Shown here: positions 39,901 through 52,881 of the stretch, piece by piece | Position numbering within the stretch: position 1 is the first letter of the stretch | How the letters are laid out: every line of letters begins with the position of its first letter | From: Squalus acanthias | Lineage: Eukaryota | Direction: 5' to 3' | Length of the DNA stretch: 64,000 nt | Assembly: GCA_030390025.1 (NCBI GenBank) | Contig: CM059437.1 | Location: 15,438,001-15,502,000, forward strand | Position numbers and translations under genes: made by a program | Notes under the pieces: model-generated | What the model was told of the DNA's origin: nothing | The model's input: only the letters and a program-made list of their open reading frames with translations | Databases searched by the model: none

Positions 39901-41721
39901 CAAATCATCCAGCAACTTGTGGCGATTTGTGACTTACGGGATATCTCTTCCTCGCCGCAAATTGCTGGATGATTTACACATTAATAACAGCGTGCGCGTT
40001 CTGGCCCAATACTACACGGTTAAAAACAGTAGAATAATTATAATGGTTTTCCCTTTAATTCTGCTGTTTTCAGCAATTCTACATTCATCAATGGGATAAC
40101 AAAACCCTATAAATAACAGACTCATAACACATCTTAAATTCTATCAAAACAAATAAAGCCACCAATGCAACATATGAATTTGTTTAATCTGTGACAACAA
40201 ATCACAAAATGCTTCGGTTTTGTGCAAACACTTCCTTCACTCTTAAGATCGAGGAAGGTGTGAGTTAGATGCATTTCCAAAGAGCAAGAGGCTCATTAAT
40301 TTTCATCATTGCAACCAAAATTGATTGGACAGCTAAAGTTACTGCTGATGATTCATCACAGAAATGAAAGTGAGCAAACCAGTAGACATATTGCTAGTAG
40401 CTTTCAATGAAAAATGTTCAATCCTTTGAGGTACGAATGCTACAAATAAAAGCGTATAGATAGGCAGATAAGGACCAGTCAGCAAGCAGTTCATTCAGGC
40501 AACATATTTGCAGACACGGGGTTAGCTTAATCAAGAGTCCTTTAGGCCTCAGTGTAACAGATGTAAGATGCACAGAAAGATAGATGGGCCAACTCAGTAA
40601 GCAGTGCTTTTAGACTGATCTATTAAACAGATACATCGACCAAGGAATTCTTTCAGGCTGTACTGTTGCAGACACAGCGATGCACAGATGGGAAACAGAC
40701 AGGATCAGATTGACCATCTGTATTACACCATTTCACTTTCCGTTGACTTCAATTAAAAATGGGCAGCCGATCTGATCGGGTTAGGTTAAACTGACCCCCA
40801 TAGGGCGGGACTTTCAACCTTGTAATACGGGCGGCAGTGAATCGGCCGACCATATACGCCAGGCTCAATTTTCTCTTCCATTGATTGGTGTTTAACAGGC
40901 AGCCGATCCACTACCGCCCGTATTACGCCCATGCTGAAGTTGAAAGTTGAATCAGTTCAGTGAAGAGCTCATAAAGGACTGACTGAAAATAAAATGGAAC
41001 CAATAACCAGTGTATGAATGGCTAAAAGGCATGGGATTCTACACTCAGTGTGAGAGATGTGTAGCCAACCTGGAATACATTTTATTTTCATTTCATTTCA
41101 GAATTCTTATGAATTAAATATTCTGAATTATCGAATCATTAATACAGATCTTTTCTCAACAAGGAATTCCGACGAATGATACAAAAGCAAGAACTTGCTT
41201 TATTTTATTTTAATCAAATTCACTTGACTTAAAATTCAAATTTTGCACATTGCTGGTATTCACATGCTGCCTGTGGCTTAGTTGAGAAGAGATAAATAGG
41301 TATTAGCTATTAACTGACACTGATAAATTGGGCAAAAGACGAAGCATTTGGTTCACTTCAAGTAGCTGAATTATGAATAATTCATCACATGTGCTCATCC
41401 ATAAATCAAACCAGCACAGGTCAGTGCACACAGCTCCCTTCTACAAACATACTCATGCTGTTTCTTTGACATGAAACGTAATCTTCAGCTACTCTCTTCT
41501 TTGTACTTGCATAAATATAACATGAGATGTGTTATTGCATTAGTTCTGAGGTGATACTTTAAGGCCTAGGGCTCTTTATTAGAGGGATTTAATTGTAATC
41601 CTTCCTCAACTTTCATTCGAAATGACTAGAATATTCATGTGCATTCAGTGAACACGCTTTATACTGAAAATGGATCACACAAACACACGTATACGCACGC
41701 ACGCACACACACACACACACA

Positions 41722-41884
41722 CCCGATCCCCATATTCCTTGATTCCCCATGAGTTCAAAAGTCTATCTATCTCAGCCTTGAATATACTCAAAGACTCAGC
41801 ATTCACAGCCCTCTGGGGGCAGAGAATTCCAAAGATTCACAACCCTCTGAGTGAAGAAATTCCTCCTCATCTCAGTCTTAAACA
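41722..41884 (-). mobile_element. CR1 3' fragment running into the gap
   Basis: Similar to 12965-13120 and 59930-60070. Confidence 0.8.
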
Positions 41885-42028
41885 NNNNNNNNNNNNNNNN
41901 NNNNNNNNNNNNNNNNNNNNNNNNNNNNNNNNNNNNNNNNNNNNNNNNNNNNNNNNNNNNNNNNNNNNNNNNNNNNNNNNNNNNNNNNNNNNNNNNNNNN
42001 NNNNNNNNNNNNNNNNNNNNNNNNNNNN
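41885..42028. other. Assembly gap
   Basis: Run of N. Confidence 1.
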
Positions 42029-42983
42029 ATGTTTTAAAATTCTAAAATAAGATCTTTAGGTGAATGGAATTGCAATGGATCTTAGAACAGACATTTCCAC
42101 AGTAAAAATAGTTTGCGATGTTAGTTTTTTATAAGAGGATCACTGAAAAGAGCAGTACTATCCAATGCTACTACGGGCTTGCTACTCAAGGAACGCTTAT
42201 ATGCTTTCATGCTCAAATCACAACATTTCAGCTTTGATACTGATAGCGTAGCAGTAGCACACTGAATATAGACCTTGCACTCAGTAAAACTGTACTGGAC
42301 ATCAAACATCATTGTAATATATTGTTATTGAGAGAAACCCAGCTAATCAGATACTGTGAAGCTTATAATTGTTACTGTGATGATTAATATTCTGTTGACA
42401 ATTGTTAAGAATGAACTGATCTTTATAGTAATCACCAATATTTAATCTTATGGTGGCATTGACCATATCTTTTCAATTGTAGTTAAAGAACACCGTGTTA
42501 GCAACACATCTTTGTGCCCACTTTGGTCTGTAATGTCTTTGACAAGTAAGACTTAAGTTACATTAATAGTCCTGCTGTTGACTCATTTAGTTTGATTTTT
42601 AATCAATAAACTCGGGCTGGATTACATAGCAGTCTGAAGTGGGTCAATTCAAACATTGTAGCTGGAGCTTTCTGCTTCTGTGTTTGCTCATCCACAATTT
42701 TCTGCCCAATAAAGTAAATGGGTGAAAAATCACAGGCTGATGGCTGCAGAAGCTGAAAACTCCAAGCTGAAAACTTCAAACCTGAGATATCCAAACCAAT
42801 CTAATCCTCAGATCTGAGCTTATTGGTGGAGGAAGAAGAAGCATCTAATAGTCCTCCACTAACATAGACTGCCTACCGGAATTTATCAATACTTTTGATA
42901 CTTCTGATATACTGAGGTATTGTTCCAGACCGACCCTTTGTCTTTAGAACATGCGGCAGTAATAAAGTGTGTCCTATAGCAAC

Positions 42984-43961
42984 ATGAGAAGTCGCACAAC
43001 ACCAGGTTATCGTCCAACAGATTTATTTAAAATTACAAGCTTTCGGAGCTGTTGCCCCTTCGTCAGGTAAAGGTACAATGAGGGAAGCTACAATATTACA
43101 CAGTATATAAACACAAAAAGCAATTTGTCTGCAGAGATACAATCTTTCGGGAGGCATTACATCAAAGACACATCAGAGCACAGCCAAGACAATGAGATGG
43201 GTCACAGGGGGTCCAACGTGTCAAATCCTGCTGTCTGCAGTTGAGCTTTTAACCTTTTTTTTCCCCCTTTTTGTGTTTTTTTGGGGGGGGTTTTGTGGGT
43301 TTTTTTAAAAACTGGAAAGATAGACAACGATGTCGAGTCACGTTCTGTAGCGTGACATGAACCCGATATCTCTATTGAGGCCATCCTCATGGGTGTGGAA
43401 CTTGGTTATCAGTTTCTGCTCGATGATTTTGCATTGTCGTGTGTCTCCAAGGCCGCCTTCGAGACACACGACAATGCAAAATCATCGAGCAGAAACTGAT
43501 AACCAAGTTCCACACCCATGAGGATGGCCTCAATAGGGATATCGGGTTCATGTCACGCTACAGAACGTGACTCGACATCGTTGTCTGTCTTTCCAGTTTT
43601 TAAAAAACCCCACAAAACCCCCCCCAAAAAAACACAAAAAGGGGGGAAAAAAAGGTTAAAAGCTCAACTGCAGACAGCAGGATTTGACACGTTGGACCCC
43701 CTGTGACCCATCTCATTGTCTTGGCTGTGCTCTGATGTGTCTTTGATGTAATGCCTCCCGAAAGATTGTATCTCTGCAGACAAATTGCTTTTTGTGTTTA
43801 TATACTGTGTAATATTGTAGATTCCCTCATTGTACCTTTACCTGACGAAGGGGCAACAGCTCCGAAAGCTTGTAATTTTAAATAAATCTGTTGGACTATA
43901 ACCTGGTGTTGTGCGACTTCTCATTTTTGTCCACCCCAGTCCAACACCGGCATCTCTGCAT
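42984..43961. mobile_element. Fold-back Penelope-like insertion, family 1 (~470-bp arms, includes GIY-YIG C-terminus)
   Basis: Arms 42984-43453 / 43455-43924; tail 43925-43961; TSD ctatagcaacatg (42974-42986 / 43962-43974). Confidence 0.92.
43838..43875 (+). ncRNA. Minimal hammerhead ribozyme motif
   Basis: ttac-CTGACGA-a-ggggc/gctcc-GAAA-gctt-gtaa; mirror copy at ~43033-43070 on minus strand. Confidence 0.78.
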
Positions 43962-44027
43962 CTATAGCAACATGGGCATGCATATGCATGTGCCTGAGTG
44001 CTTTGCATGCTGCCACAAAAACAGTAC

Positions 44028-45182
44028 TGAGGGCTGACCTATTAGAGGTCTTTAAAATTATGAAAAATTTTGATAGCATGGATACAGAGAGATTGGCCCA
44101 GAAATTCGCCTCTCCGGCTTGCCGCGGGGGTAAGGATCGCGTGCGCTCTTACCTACCGCGCCTGCCGTTGTGTTTTGGGCCCACGGGAACTTCGGGTCCT
44201 GGGCCTCTCCCAACTGCCGGCGCGCAGTGCTTGCGTGTTCCAGGGGTGTAGTTAGTGCGATGCGTTCCCTGGGATCACGTGGGTCATGGAGAGCCAATGG
44301 CAGCAGACCATCTTTCATTCATAGATTTGACAGGAGACCTGTCAAATCTGTGAATTGAAATCGGCCCCAAAAGAACAGCTAAACTTAAAATATTTTTTTT
44401 TAAAACCATCGCATTTATAAAATAACTATAGTTAAATAAATTAACCACTTTAAACAAAAATTTAAATTTTTGAAAAAATTAAAATACTTTTTAAAAGTGA
44501 TAAAAATAAACTTACCTTGCTTTAAAGTATCTAAAAAAGATAAACCTGTTGAAAAAAATTTAAAATTATACTTAATTAACCACTTACCTTGTTCAAAACG
44601 GGTCTTGTGCCTCCTTTTCATTAGTGTAGTATCTTCAATGCTTACCCTCGCGTAGAAACCTGAAAAAAAATCTAAGTTTGCTGCGTGCGCGCAGCCTCTA
44701 CCGCGCACGCGGTTCACCTAGGAACTGCCCCCTTCACCATACCGGAAGTTCCGGTTTCCCGCGCATGCGCAGTGCATGCAGGAAACCGGCACTTCGGGAA
44801 GCAATACAGGTGAGTACAGAGCGCGTACTCACCCGGGAAGGGCCGAATTTTTGGGCCAATGTTTCCACTTGTGTGGAAGAGCATAACTAGAGGCCATCAA
44901 TATAAGATAGTCACCAAGAAATCCAATAGGGAATTCAGAAGATACTTCTTTACCCAGAGAGTGGTGAGAATGTGGAACTTGCTACCACAGGGAGTGATTG
45001 AAGCGAATAGTATAGATACATTTAAGGGGAGGCTGGACAAACATATGAGGGAGAAGGGAATAGAGGGTTATGCTGATAGATTTAGATGAGAAAAGAAGGG
45101 ATGAGGCTCGTGTGGAGCATAAACGCCGGCATGGACTGGTTGTGCCGTATGGCCTGTTTCTGTGCCGTATATCCTATGTAGT
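44028..45182 (+). mobile_element. CR1 3' fragment, split by a MITE
   Basis: LRADLLEVFKIMK before the MITE and MFPLV...TRGHQYKI...FFTQRVVRMWN after it. Confidence 0.85.
44095..44857 (-). mobile_element. MITE family B
   Basis: TIRs ggcccagaaattc / gaatttttgggcc; reverse complement of 17395-18155. Confidence 0.88.
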
Positions 45183-45778
45183 ACCAAGGTGAGAGGAAAC
45201 TCTTGTTGGTATCAATTATAAGGGCAAATACTAAAAGCAGGCAAAGTTTGGCACTCATACCTTGGCGATCTTCGAGAGTCTGGAAAATGTCTTTCTCATC
45301 TGCTCCTATGATCTACAGACAAGGAATAATGTGTTCATTTGGTTGGCCAAGCTATTTCTAACATTACTGCGGTTCATCGGGTGCCCCTCAGCTGTGAGAA
45401 AGCAACCTTCTTTTGTAACACTTCCTGAAGAAAGACCTTCAGACCAACATCCTCAAATGGAGAATTCCTACTGCTGTCCTGCCTTGCTTCTATCTTCAAC
45501 TGCTAGCAGCAAGGCTTAATTTTTTTTTTAATTGTGCAGTGCTTTAACTGTGAGCAGCAGCCCTTTAAGATCTGCTGGCTTGCCAGATATCTCACTCACG
45601 CACCCAGTGCTCTCCCCATCCATCAGCCAAGCTGTGCTTGGAACAGATGATTATTAAAATGAGCTGACCTTGGGAACTCGCACTAGGTCAGTCTCGATGC
45701 TACCTGCACACTTGCGTACAATGAATTACAGAACCACTGACACTATGACGGGACTGTGGAATTGTCCCGTTAATCCTT

Positions 45779-46530
45779 GGGCCGAAAATTGATCCCGGGA
45801 CGCGAGAGTACGCACTGCGTACTCTCGCGTATTCCCACTCCAATTGCCGGTTTTCTGCATGCCCTGCGCATGCGCTGAAAACCGGCAATTGCTCTTCTGA
45901 AAAGGGGGCGGGTCCTGGGTGCATCGCGTGCATCGCGTGCGCGCTACAGGCTGCGCGCACGCTGTGCACTTCATGCTTTGGACGCGCAGGTAAGTAGGGA
46001 AGATTTTGGAAATGTAAAAAGGAGGAGTAAGACCCGCTTTTAAGAAGGTAAGTAGTGAATTAAGTATTTTTTTGAATTTTTTTTTACAGGTATATCTTTT
46101 TTAGAGACTTTAAAGACAGGTAAGTTTATTTTTATAACTTTTTAAAAGATTTAAAAATTTTTCAAAAATTTAATTTTTTATTTAAAATGGTTAATTTAAT
46201 TAACTATACTTATTTTATTAATGTGATGGGTTTTTTTTTAATTGAATTGAGGTTTAGCTGTTATTTTGGGGGGGTGTAAGATTCATAGATTTCACAGCAG
46301 GTCTGTGAAACTTATGAATGGAAGATGGTGTGCTGCCATTGGCTCTAACTGAGTCACGTGATTCCACAGCTCGCACGAATTCACTACGCCGCTGGGATAC
46401 GCAAGCCCAGCACAGCTGATGTCTGGAACATCAAGTTCGTGCGAGCTGGATCTGAAAAAGCACAAGCGAGGTGAGACATCGCGGGGAAGGCTTACCCCCG
46501 CGGGAACAGAGCGAGATCAATTTCTGGGCC
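45779..46530 (+). mobile_element. MITE family B, diverged subfamily
   Basis: TIRs gggccgaaaattgatc / gatcaatttctgggcc; TSD CTT. Confidence 0.85.
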
Positions 46531-47242
46531 CTTGTGTTTCGATTGCTATCACCAATTGAATTTGTTTCCTTAAGCTCGATTCATAGCTGAATGATGTAAA
46601 AATGGAATCAGCTTTATTTTTTGGGTTGAGAAACCTAGGTGAAGGGTCGAAACCGTCGTGAAGAGTGCCATGAAGTCTAAAAATAGAGGAAAGCATGCAG
46701 AGGTGAATCAACAGTTAGTGGTTAGGTGATGACACGTCTGTGTTTTAAAGACCGATAAATTGGAGGAGGAAGGTAAGACTAATGGGAGTAAAAGGGTTAA
46801 TTTTCCACTGGCATGCTCTCAAATAGTGCCTGTAAAATGGGTGCAATGCAGATGAAAAATGGCCACTATTCCTTTGTTGCCATTCAGTGCCTGAGTAGCG
46901 CTGCACCTGAACTTCCTCTATGGCTTTCCTGGTCCACATCTGACAGCACCTGAAGAAGGCACTCCTGGAAGAATTGTGTGACAGTCCTTCTGATGGGACA
47001 TTAGATTGCAATCCTTGGGGTACAACCCCTGGGAATCACCCTCCTTCTATTCCAGCTCCAGCCACCTTTAGATTGTGGTAGCCCTGCCTTGATCAGGCTC
47101 GCTCCTCAAAGCAGGTGAGCTCCCTGATGGAGGCTTGCCCACCTCAAGTCCCCTTTGATTGTGGGCTGCTTTCTCCTGTAAGAGATAAAACAGGGTTGAA
47201 GTGAGCAGTGCCAGTTACCAAACCCATGTGAGAACTAAATCA

Positions 47243-47340
47243 AGACAGAAAATGCTGGAAATACTCAGCAGGTCAGGCAGCATCTGTGAGAGACACCGAG
47301 TTAACGGTTCAGGCCGATGACCCTTCATCAGAACTCATGT
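47243..47340 (-). mobile_element. Penelope-like family 2 3' end with degenerate hammerhead (GAAA mutated to GAAC)
   Basis: Reverse complement of 49062-49158. Confidence 0.75.
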
Positions 47341-48247
47341 AAGAACGAGTTGGGCTGATAAGGAAGAGAAGTAGATGATGTGGATGAGGTGACATGCAGG
47401 CTTGGGAGTGAGAAAGTTGTGTTAGGGGAATAAATGGTTTGCAAGGAAGCGGTAGAAGATAGAAGCCAGGAGGATTTTGGGACCCATGCAAAAGAATTGT
47501 GAGGGACAGAATGCATTAAGATGCGCAGTAACATATTCTACCTTGCCTCTTCTGATGAGGTCAGTGAACTTTTTATGACACTGCATCCATGAATGGCCTC
47601 CTTGTGTGCTGTAATTTTCATGATTTCTGTGTTTCTATTCAAGCACTCCAACACTCAAATTGCATTGCAAGCACTGTGATAACACGTACAATGCCTGTTG
47701 AAATTTTACACTCAGGTAAGTTTCCTGATCTCCTTATTTAGCAGTTTAACATTCATTATATCATTTCACCCACAACCTTTTGCAAAATTGGAATAATATT
47801 CACTATTTTCCACTTCTCTGGTTGCCAGCACTTGGCCCAGTGAGCCACAAAACATTCCTGCCGCAGTTCTCCTGCTTCCCTTCTTATCCCTTAAGTACTC
47901 TTAATTAGATTCCTTCTGGTCCTGACTTCTTATGAATATTCAAATAATCCTGTTGCTTATTAATGACAACTTTATTACCAACCTCAATCATCGTTGTGAC
48001 CTCAACTATTCTAATGATTAGAAAGGAAATATTACTCATGCTTTGATCGGGATAAACTTAGACAAAGCTTGCGATGCTTGACACCTGAAAGGAAGACTCC
48101 TATCTTCTATGATTCTATGATTCTATGAGCCCCTCCCCAGCAACTCTTTAATGTCTCTCTGCGTCATGGACGATCCTCACGCTCCTAGATCTCTACCTGT
48201 CCTATTGAATAATTAGCCCCTGTTCTGGTGAACATTGATCAACAGCA

Positions 48248-48430
48248 CCAAAAAAATCAGATTAACTGGTCATTTCTCTCATTGCTGTATTGGTTGTGTG
48301 CAAACTGGCTGCTTGTTTGCCTCCAATGAGCAAAGTGACTGCACTTAAAAAGTAATTAATCGGCTGTGAAACACTTTGAGGCATCCCCAGGTCATGAAGT
48401 GCACTTTATAGATCATAAATTCTTTCTTTT
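48248..48430 (+). mobile_element. Degenerate Deu-SINE 3' fragment
   Basis: Similar to 36760-36950. Confidence 0.6.
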
Positions 48431-48824
48431 ATTCACTGGGAGGTACAGAAAAGCAGCGTGAAGTGACTTTCCTCCCCTGGTCTTTGCCCGTCATCTCTCC
48501 AATGTCACACGGCTGAACTTTAATAACTCATTAAATTGGAAATTGCACACAAGAAAGCCGCAACGTAGCACGCTATGGGAGAGTGTATTGAGCTCCACCA
48601 TACTGACTCCAGTAAACAATCATGGGCAGTCACTCACTCGAAGGAGCAGAAACCTGGTGGCTGGAAGACCAGCTGCTTAGCTGCTGGCCAGGAAATAGGA
48701 CTTCACAGGACGTGCCTACAAATGAGGCATCATATCTGAGCATTCTGTCCTGGTCCGCAGTTCCATTTCATCCTTCGCCTCATCCGGCGCTTTAACAAAA
48801 AACTTTTTTTCTTCCTTTCAGGTG

Positions 48825-49162
48825 TCAAGGATCGCAAGCTTCAACAACTCTTGGACACCAATGCCCCTCCGGAACCTTCCATCCTTTGTTTCTTAACCTG
48901 TCCCATTACCATCTCCTTTTGCCTTGAATATCTCTCAATGTCTCTTAACCTCTCCTGCCTTCTATCCGATCACAGACCTTCCCTTTTGTTCTTTCATCCA
49001 CTCCCCCCTTTCCCAGCTTCTGCACTTGCTTAAAAATCTGTTCCATTTCCTGCTTTTTTCCAGTTCTGACGAAAGGTCATCGACCTGAAACGTTAACTCT
49101 GTTTCTCTCTTCACAGATGCTGCCTGACCTGCTGAGTATCTCCAGCATTTTCTGTTTTTATA
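48825..49162 (+). mobile_element. Penelope-like family 2 3' fragment
   Basis: Similar to 35300-35690; hammerhead agtt-CTGACGA-aaggtc/gacct-GAAA-cgtt-aact at 49062-49098. Confidence 0.8.
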
Positions 49163-49414
49163 TCTGAGCATGTGTTTCATTCCATTTCTTGTGTGCAAGT
49201 CAAGTGTATTGCAAAGTCTAGGGGTAACTATGGACAACTGCACCAACAGTAATTTTTCTAATGAATGCTCTGGATGGAACTATAGACACCCTGGGCTCGA
49301 ATATGCAGCAGTGTTCCTTGTCTGGTTTTAACATAGAGGGAGTGCGGAAGGTGAGGTCAGGGATCAGATTGACAGAGCCATAACACAGAGCTTCAGCAGC
49401 CTCATTGCTGTCTT

Positions 49415-49870
49415 TTTAAATTCATTTTCAGGATGTGGCATCACTGGCAAGGCCAGCATTTATTGCCCATCCCTAGTTGCTCTCAAAAGGTGGTAGTGGG
49501 CCTGCTTGAACTGCTCCAGTCTGTGTGGTGAAGGTGCTTGGCAGTTTGATACAACTGAGTATCTTGCTAAGAGGACATTTAGCAACTTCAGAGGACAGCT
49601 AAGAGTCAACCGTGTTGGCGCAGGACTGGAGTCATACGTAGGACAGATCGAGTAAGGACAGTAGATTTCCTTCCCTAAAGGACATTAGTGAACCAATTGG
49701 GTTATTACAATAATCCAATAGCTTCATGTTCACTTTTCCTGATACCAGCTTTTAACTTCAAGAATTTTTTTAAAAACTGAATTCAAATTCTCAAACTGCC
49801 TTGGTTGGATTTGAACTCACCTTCCTCTGGATTACTGGTCCAGTGACATAGCCATTACATTATCGTACCC
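49415..49870 (-). mobile_element. tRNA-derived SINE with a longer LINE-derived tail
   Basis: Minus-strand B box (gatttgaac, 49808) and A-box remnant (~49855); body as in 30856-31173; ~120 nt of LINE 3' end. Confidence 0.8.
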
Positions 49871-50486
49871 GCTCCCACCACAGATTGCTCGACATGCTGA
49901 ACGAATGTCCCACAGCAAGGGAATGGTGGGAACAGGTAAGGATGATGGAGCTGTTTCTCAGGGCCACACCGAATCTGTCCCACCCAGCCATTCCAGTCAT
50001 GTGGCTTGCAAATTGTGCCAGAGAGTAGTTTGGACCAGACAACCACTGTAGCATTACCTGTGGTGCCAACAGTTACAGGGCGATCTCATGACCCAGCAGG
50101 AGGAGGTATGGACCAGTTTCATCCCAAGAGCCATGAATTGACAGCCAGCAGCCAGCCATCATATGTACTCCTACCAATGGGGAAGCACATTGATGGAGCA
50201 TCAGTTAAGTAATAAAATACATAGACCATACACTTTCACACACTGAGCACATATGGAGCTCATAGTATTAGGGAGAAAATGGATTTATTGTATGTCACTT
50301 GTGTCCTCAGAGTTTACTTGAGATGGGCTGGAATAAGATAGGAGCAGAAGCATGGTCTGGTAGCCATGGCAGTTGCTATAAGGCTAAGTGAAATGGTGAA
50401 GATAGTGCGCTTTATTGGACACATGACTGTGCATAAGGCAAAACAAGCACTTAAGTTGTCAATTAGAGCCTGCCTTGAGACTCCTC

Positions 50487-51246
50487 GGGCTGGATTTTGT
50501 CTTGGAGTCGGGTTGGGGTCGTGTAATCCGCATTTCGTGTTTTCCCCCCGACTCCAGATTAATGTGGATGCCTGATGCAATTTTCACTTAATTGGGCAAT
50601 TGAGTTGGAGCATGTGGGAACCCATGAACTCATTAGTGTTTTCAGTCTGAAAGTCACCTCTGATGATGTCATCATTGCTGACTGCCTAGTCTCAGAGCCT
50701 GTTGGTGAGAGAGGAGTTGCCTGGACCTGGATGCAAATATGGGGGGGGGGGGGGGGGGTAGGAGAGAGAGAGAGAGAGAGAGAGAATGAGAGAATTTTTT
50801 TGCCAAGCAAGTCCTCCCAGGCAGTCTCTGAAGACATTCAATGCAGCAGCATCAGAGGCGACGTTCAGACCTAATACTACTACTACTACCTTCATCACAT
50901 CTCTGTTGTAATAGTGGACCTGCAGCCGATAGTCAGCTATCCACTTGTGCTCCCGCCAGGTTTCACTGGAGTGTTTCACACCAGGCGTGCTTCACGTCAG
51001 AAGAGGGTTAAACTAGCTACAGCGTTTCAAAATGGCATTACAGAGCCAATTTAGAGCTTGTTAAGGGCTTTAATGGCCTCTCCCGCCTCTTGAAGGCGGG
51101 ACGGAGTCGGGAACCCCGTGACTGATTATGTCAAAATTGTGTGGAGGCGGGATGGAGTCGGGATGGGGTCGGAAACCCCGACCCCGCAAATTTAACCCCC
51201 CACACGCCTCCAAACCCGACTCCATGGGTCATTCAAAATCCAGCCC
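50487..51246. mobile_element. Harbinger-type MITE
   Basis: TIRs gggctggattttg / caaaatccagccc; 3-bp TSD CTC. Confidence 0.88.
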
Positions 51247-51518
51247 CTCCTGTCTGTAACATGGGGAGAGCATGGACATAAACAGCCCTCAAAATGATAC
51301 ATTCATGTTTAATGCCTCAGCAAGGAACAATCAGACTGACTGTGAAACTGCTTTTAGAAGCTGACAAGAAAAATGATAGAGTAAATGGATCAATGAACTG
51401 AGCTACAGAAGTAACTGATCAGCAGGACTTTTGGCTATTCTCTTAAAGTTAGAATTGTTTCAAGTGCAGTACAAGGAGAGAGGGCATCCATTTTCCAGTG
51501 AGAAAGCCACCAGATCAA

Positions 51519-52253
51519 TGTAAGGTGCAACTGAAGTTAAAAACAGAAACGATGGTATCGAATCTGTAGGAATTATTTACGACTTTCACACCTCGCACAT
51601 TGGGTATTAGAGTAGGGTTCATAGACCTGAATCCACTTTAACATAAAACTCCACAGATGCACTATCTCCCAGAGATCTTTTACTTAACCACTCACGCACG
51701 GATTAAATAAGAACCCAACTTAACCTGTCCTGGAGTCTTCAAGTGTCTGATGGTCAAACCGACAATCACTTGAAGTCTGTTGAAATCTTTAGACGTCTTC
51801 TCTTCGTTAAACCAGGATACGTTTATCCTGGCCGACTGCAGTAAAAAAAACTAGGTAGTGTGTCAGTCCTTATATTCTTTTGTGCTCAGATTCTTCTTGT
51901 GGCGTTCACGTGTATACCCCAGTAATTGGCTCATTCAAGCATGGTTTTTCCCCTTGTTCATGATTGGTTCAAAGTTTAGTGGGATTACTTCATCATGTGT
52001 ATCACTTGCTGCAGTTTAATGAGGGTCTTGTCTCAAGACAGTGCTGGTTGGTTCCACTGGTTCCATAGCAACCCCAGATTTGTCCTTGGCTACGACTGCT
52101 TTTTTTTTTGTCTGAGCAATATCTGTTAAAAATGTTCCTCCATATTCCTTGTTCTCAACTTGCATTTTAAAGCGGTATAGCCATAATTAAAATGTCTCTT
52201 TTGCATTAAAGTTCTTCTTGTTGTCAGGGATGTTTAAAATAGATTTCCCTTCA
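51519..52253 (-). mobile_element. Solo LTR
   Basis: TG...CA ends; flanks atcaa / atcat (near-TSD); second copy at 4482-6416. Confidence 0.7.
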
Positions 52254-52881
52254 ATCATACCAGGAAGGGCCCCAGTTCTATCCCTGATCTGTGCTGAATT
52301 GACTGATTTCAGCCTGAGGAGGGCTGGGAGGCATACAATTGTTCTCAGCATCCCTCAGTTAGGAAGGGGGGGGGGGGGGCGGTGGTGGAGTAAAAAAAAC
52401 AGCCAGTGTTATCCAACATCTTCTCCCAGGTTAGGAACCCTGGGCAAATTGTAGAACTCCCCCCACCAGACCACCAGCCGCTTGGTGTGAGATCGGCTGA
52501 CTCAGTGGAGTATCGATTGAACCTGGGGGACCTCCAGAGCATTTTGTCTCAATACCACACCATATACCAGCTGAGACATCAAGGAAGCTTGAAAAATGTA
52601 CAGTAGGCACATTGGCGGCGGGTTGGGGTCGGATTTCCCAATTTAAACCCATAGCCCGCCCATCCTGGGAGGGGTTAAAATTCTTGCCATCGTTTTTACG
52701 ATTTTTCTCCCGGTTTCCTCGCAGCAGTGACCAGGAGGTTAATCTTTAATTCCTGGAGACTCCAGGGGCAATCCTGAAGGGTTGGCGACCCTAATGCCGC
52801 CCATCTATGAACGGACAGGTTCAATGGCCACCATCATTTTGCGATCTATAAATGGCTGTTCGTGCTAACAGCAAAAATAAA

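Noticed and set aside
43202-43706. Pair of nearly identical 62-aa ORFs on opposite strands suggesting duplicated genes
   Set aside because: By-product of the palindrome; an alternative frame of the Penelope 3' end
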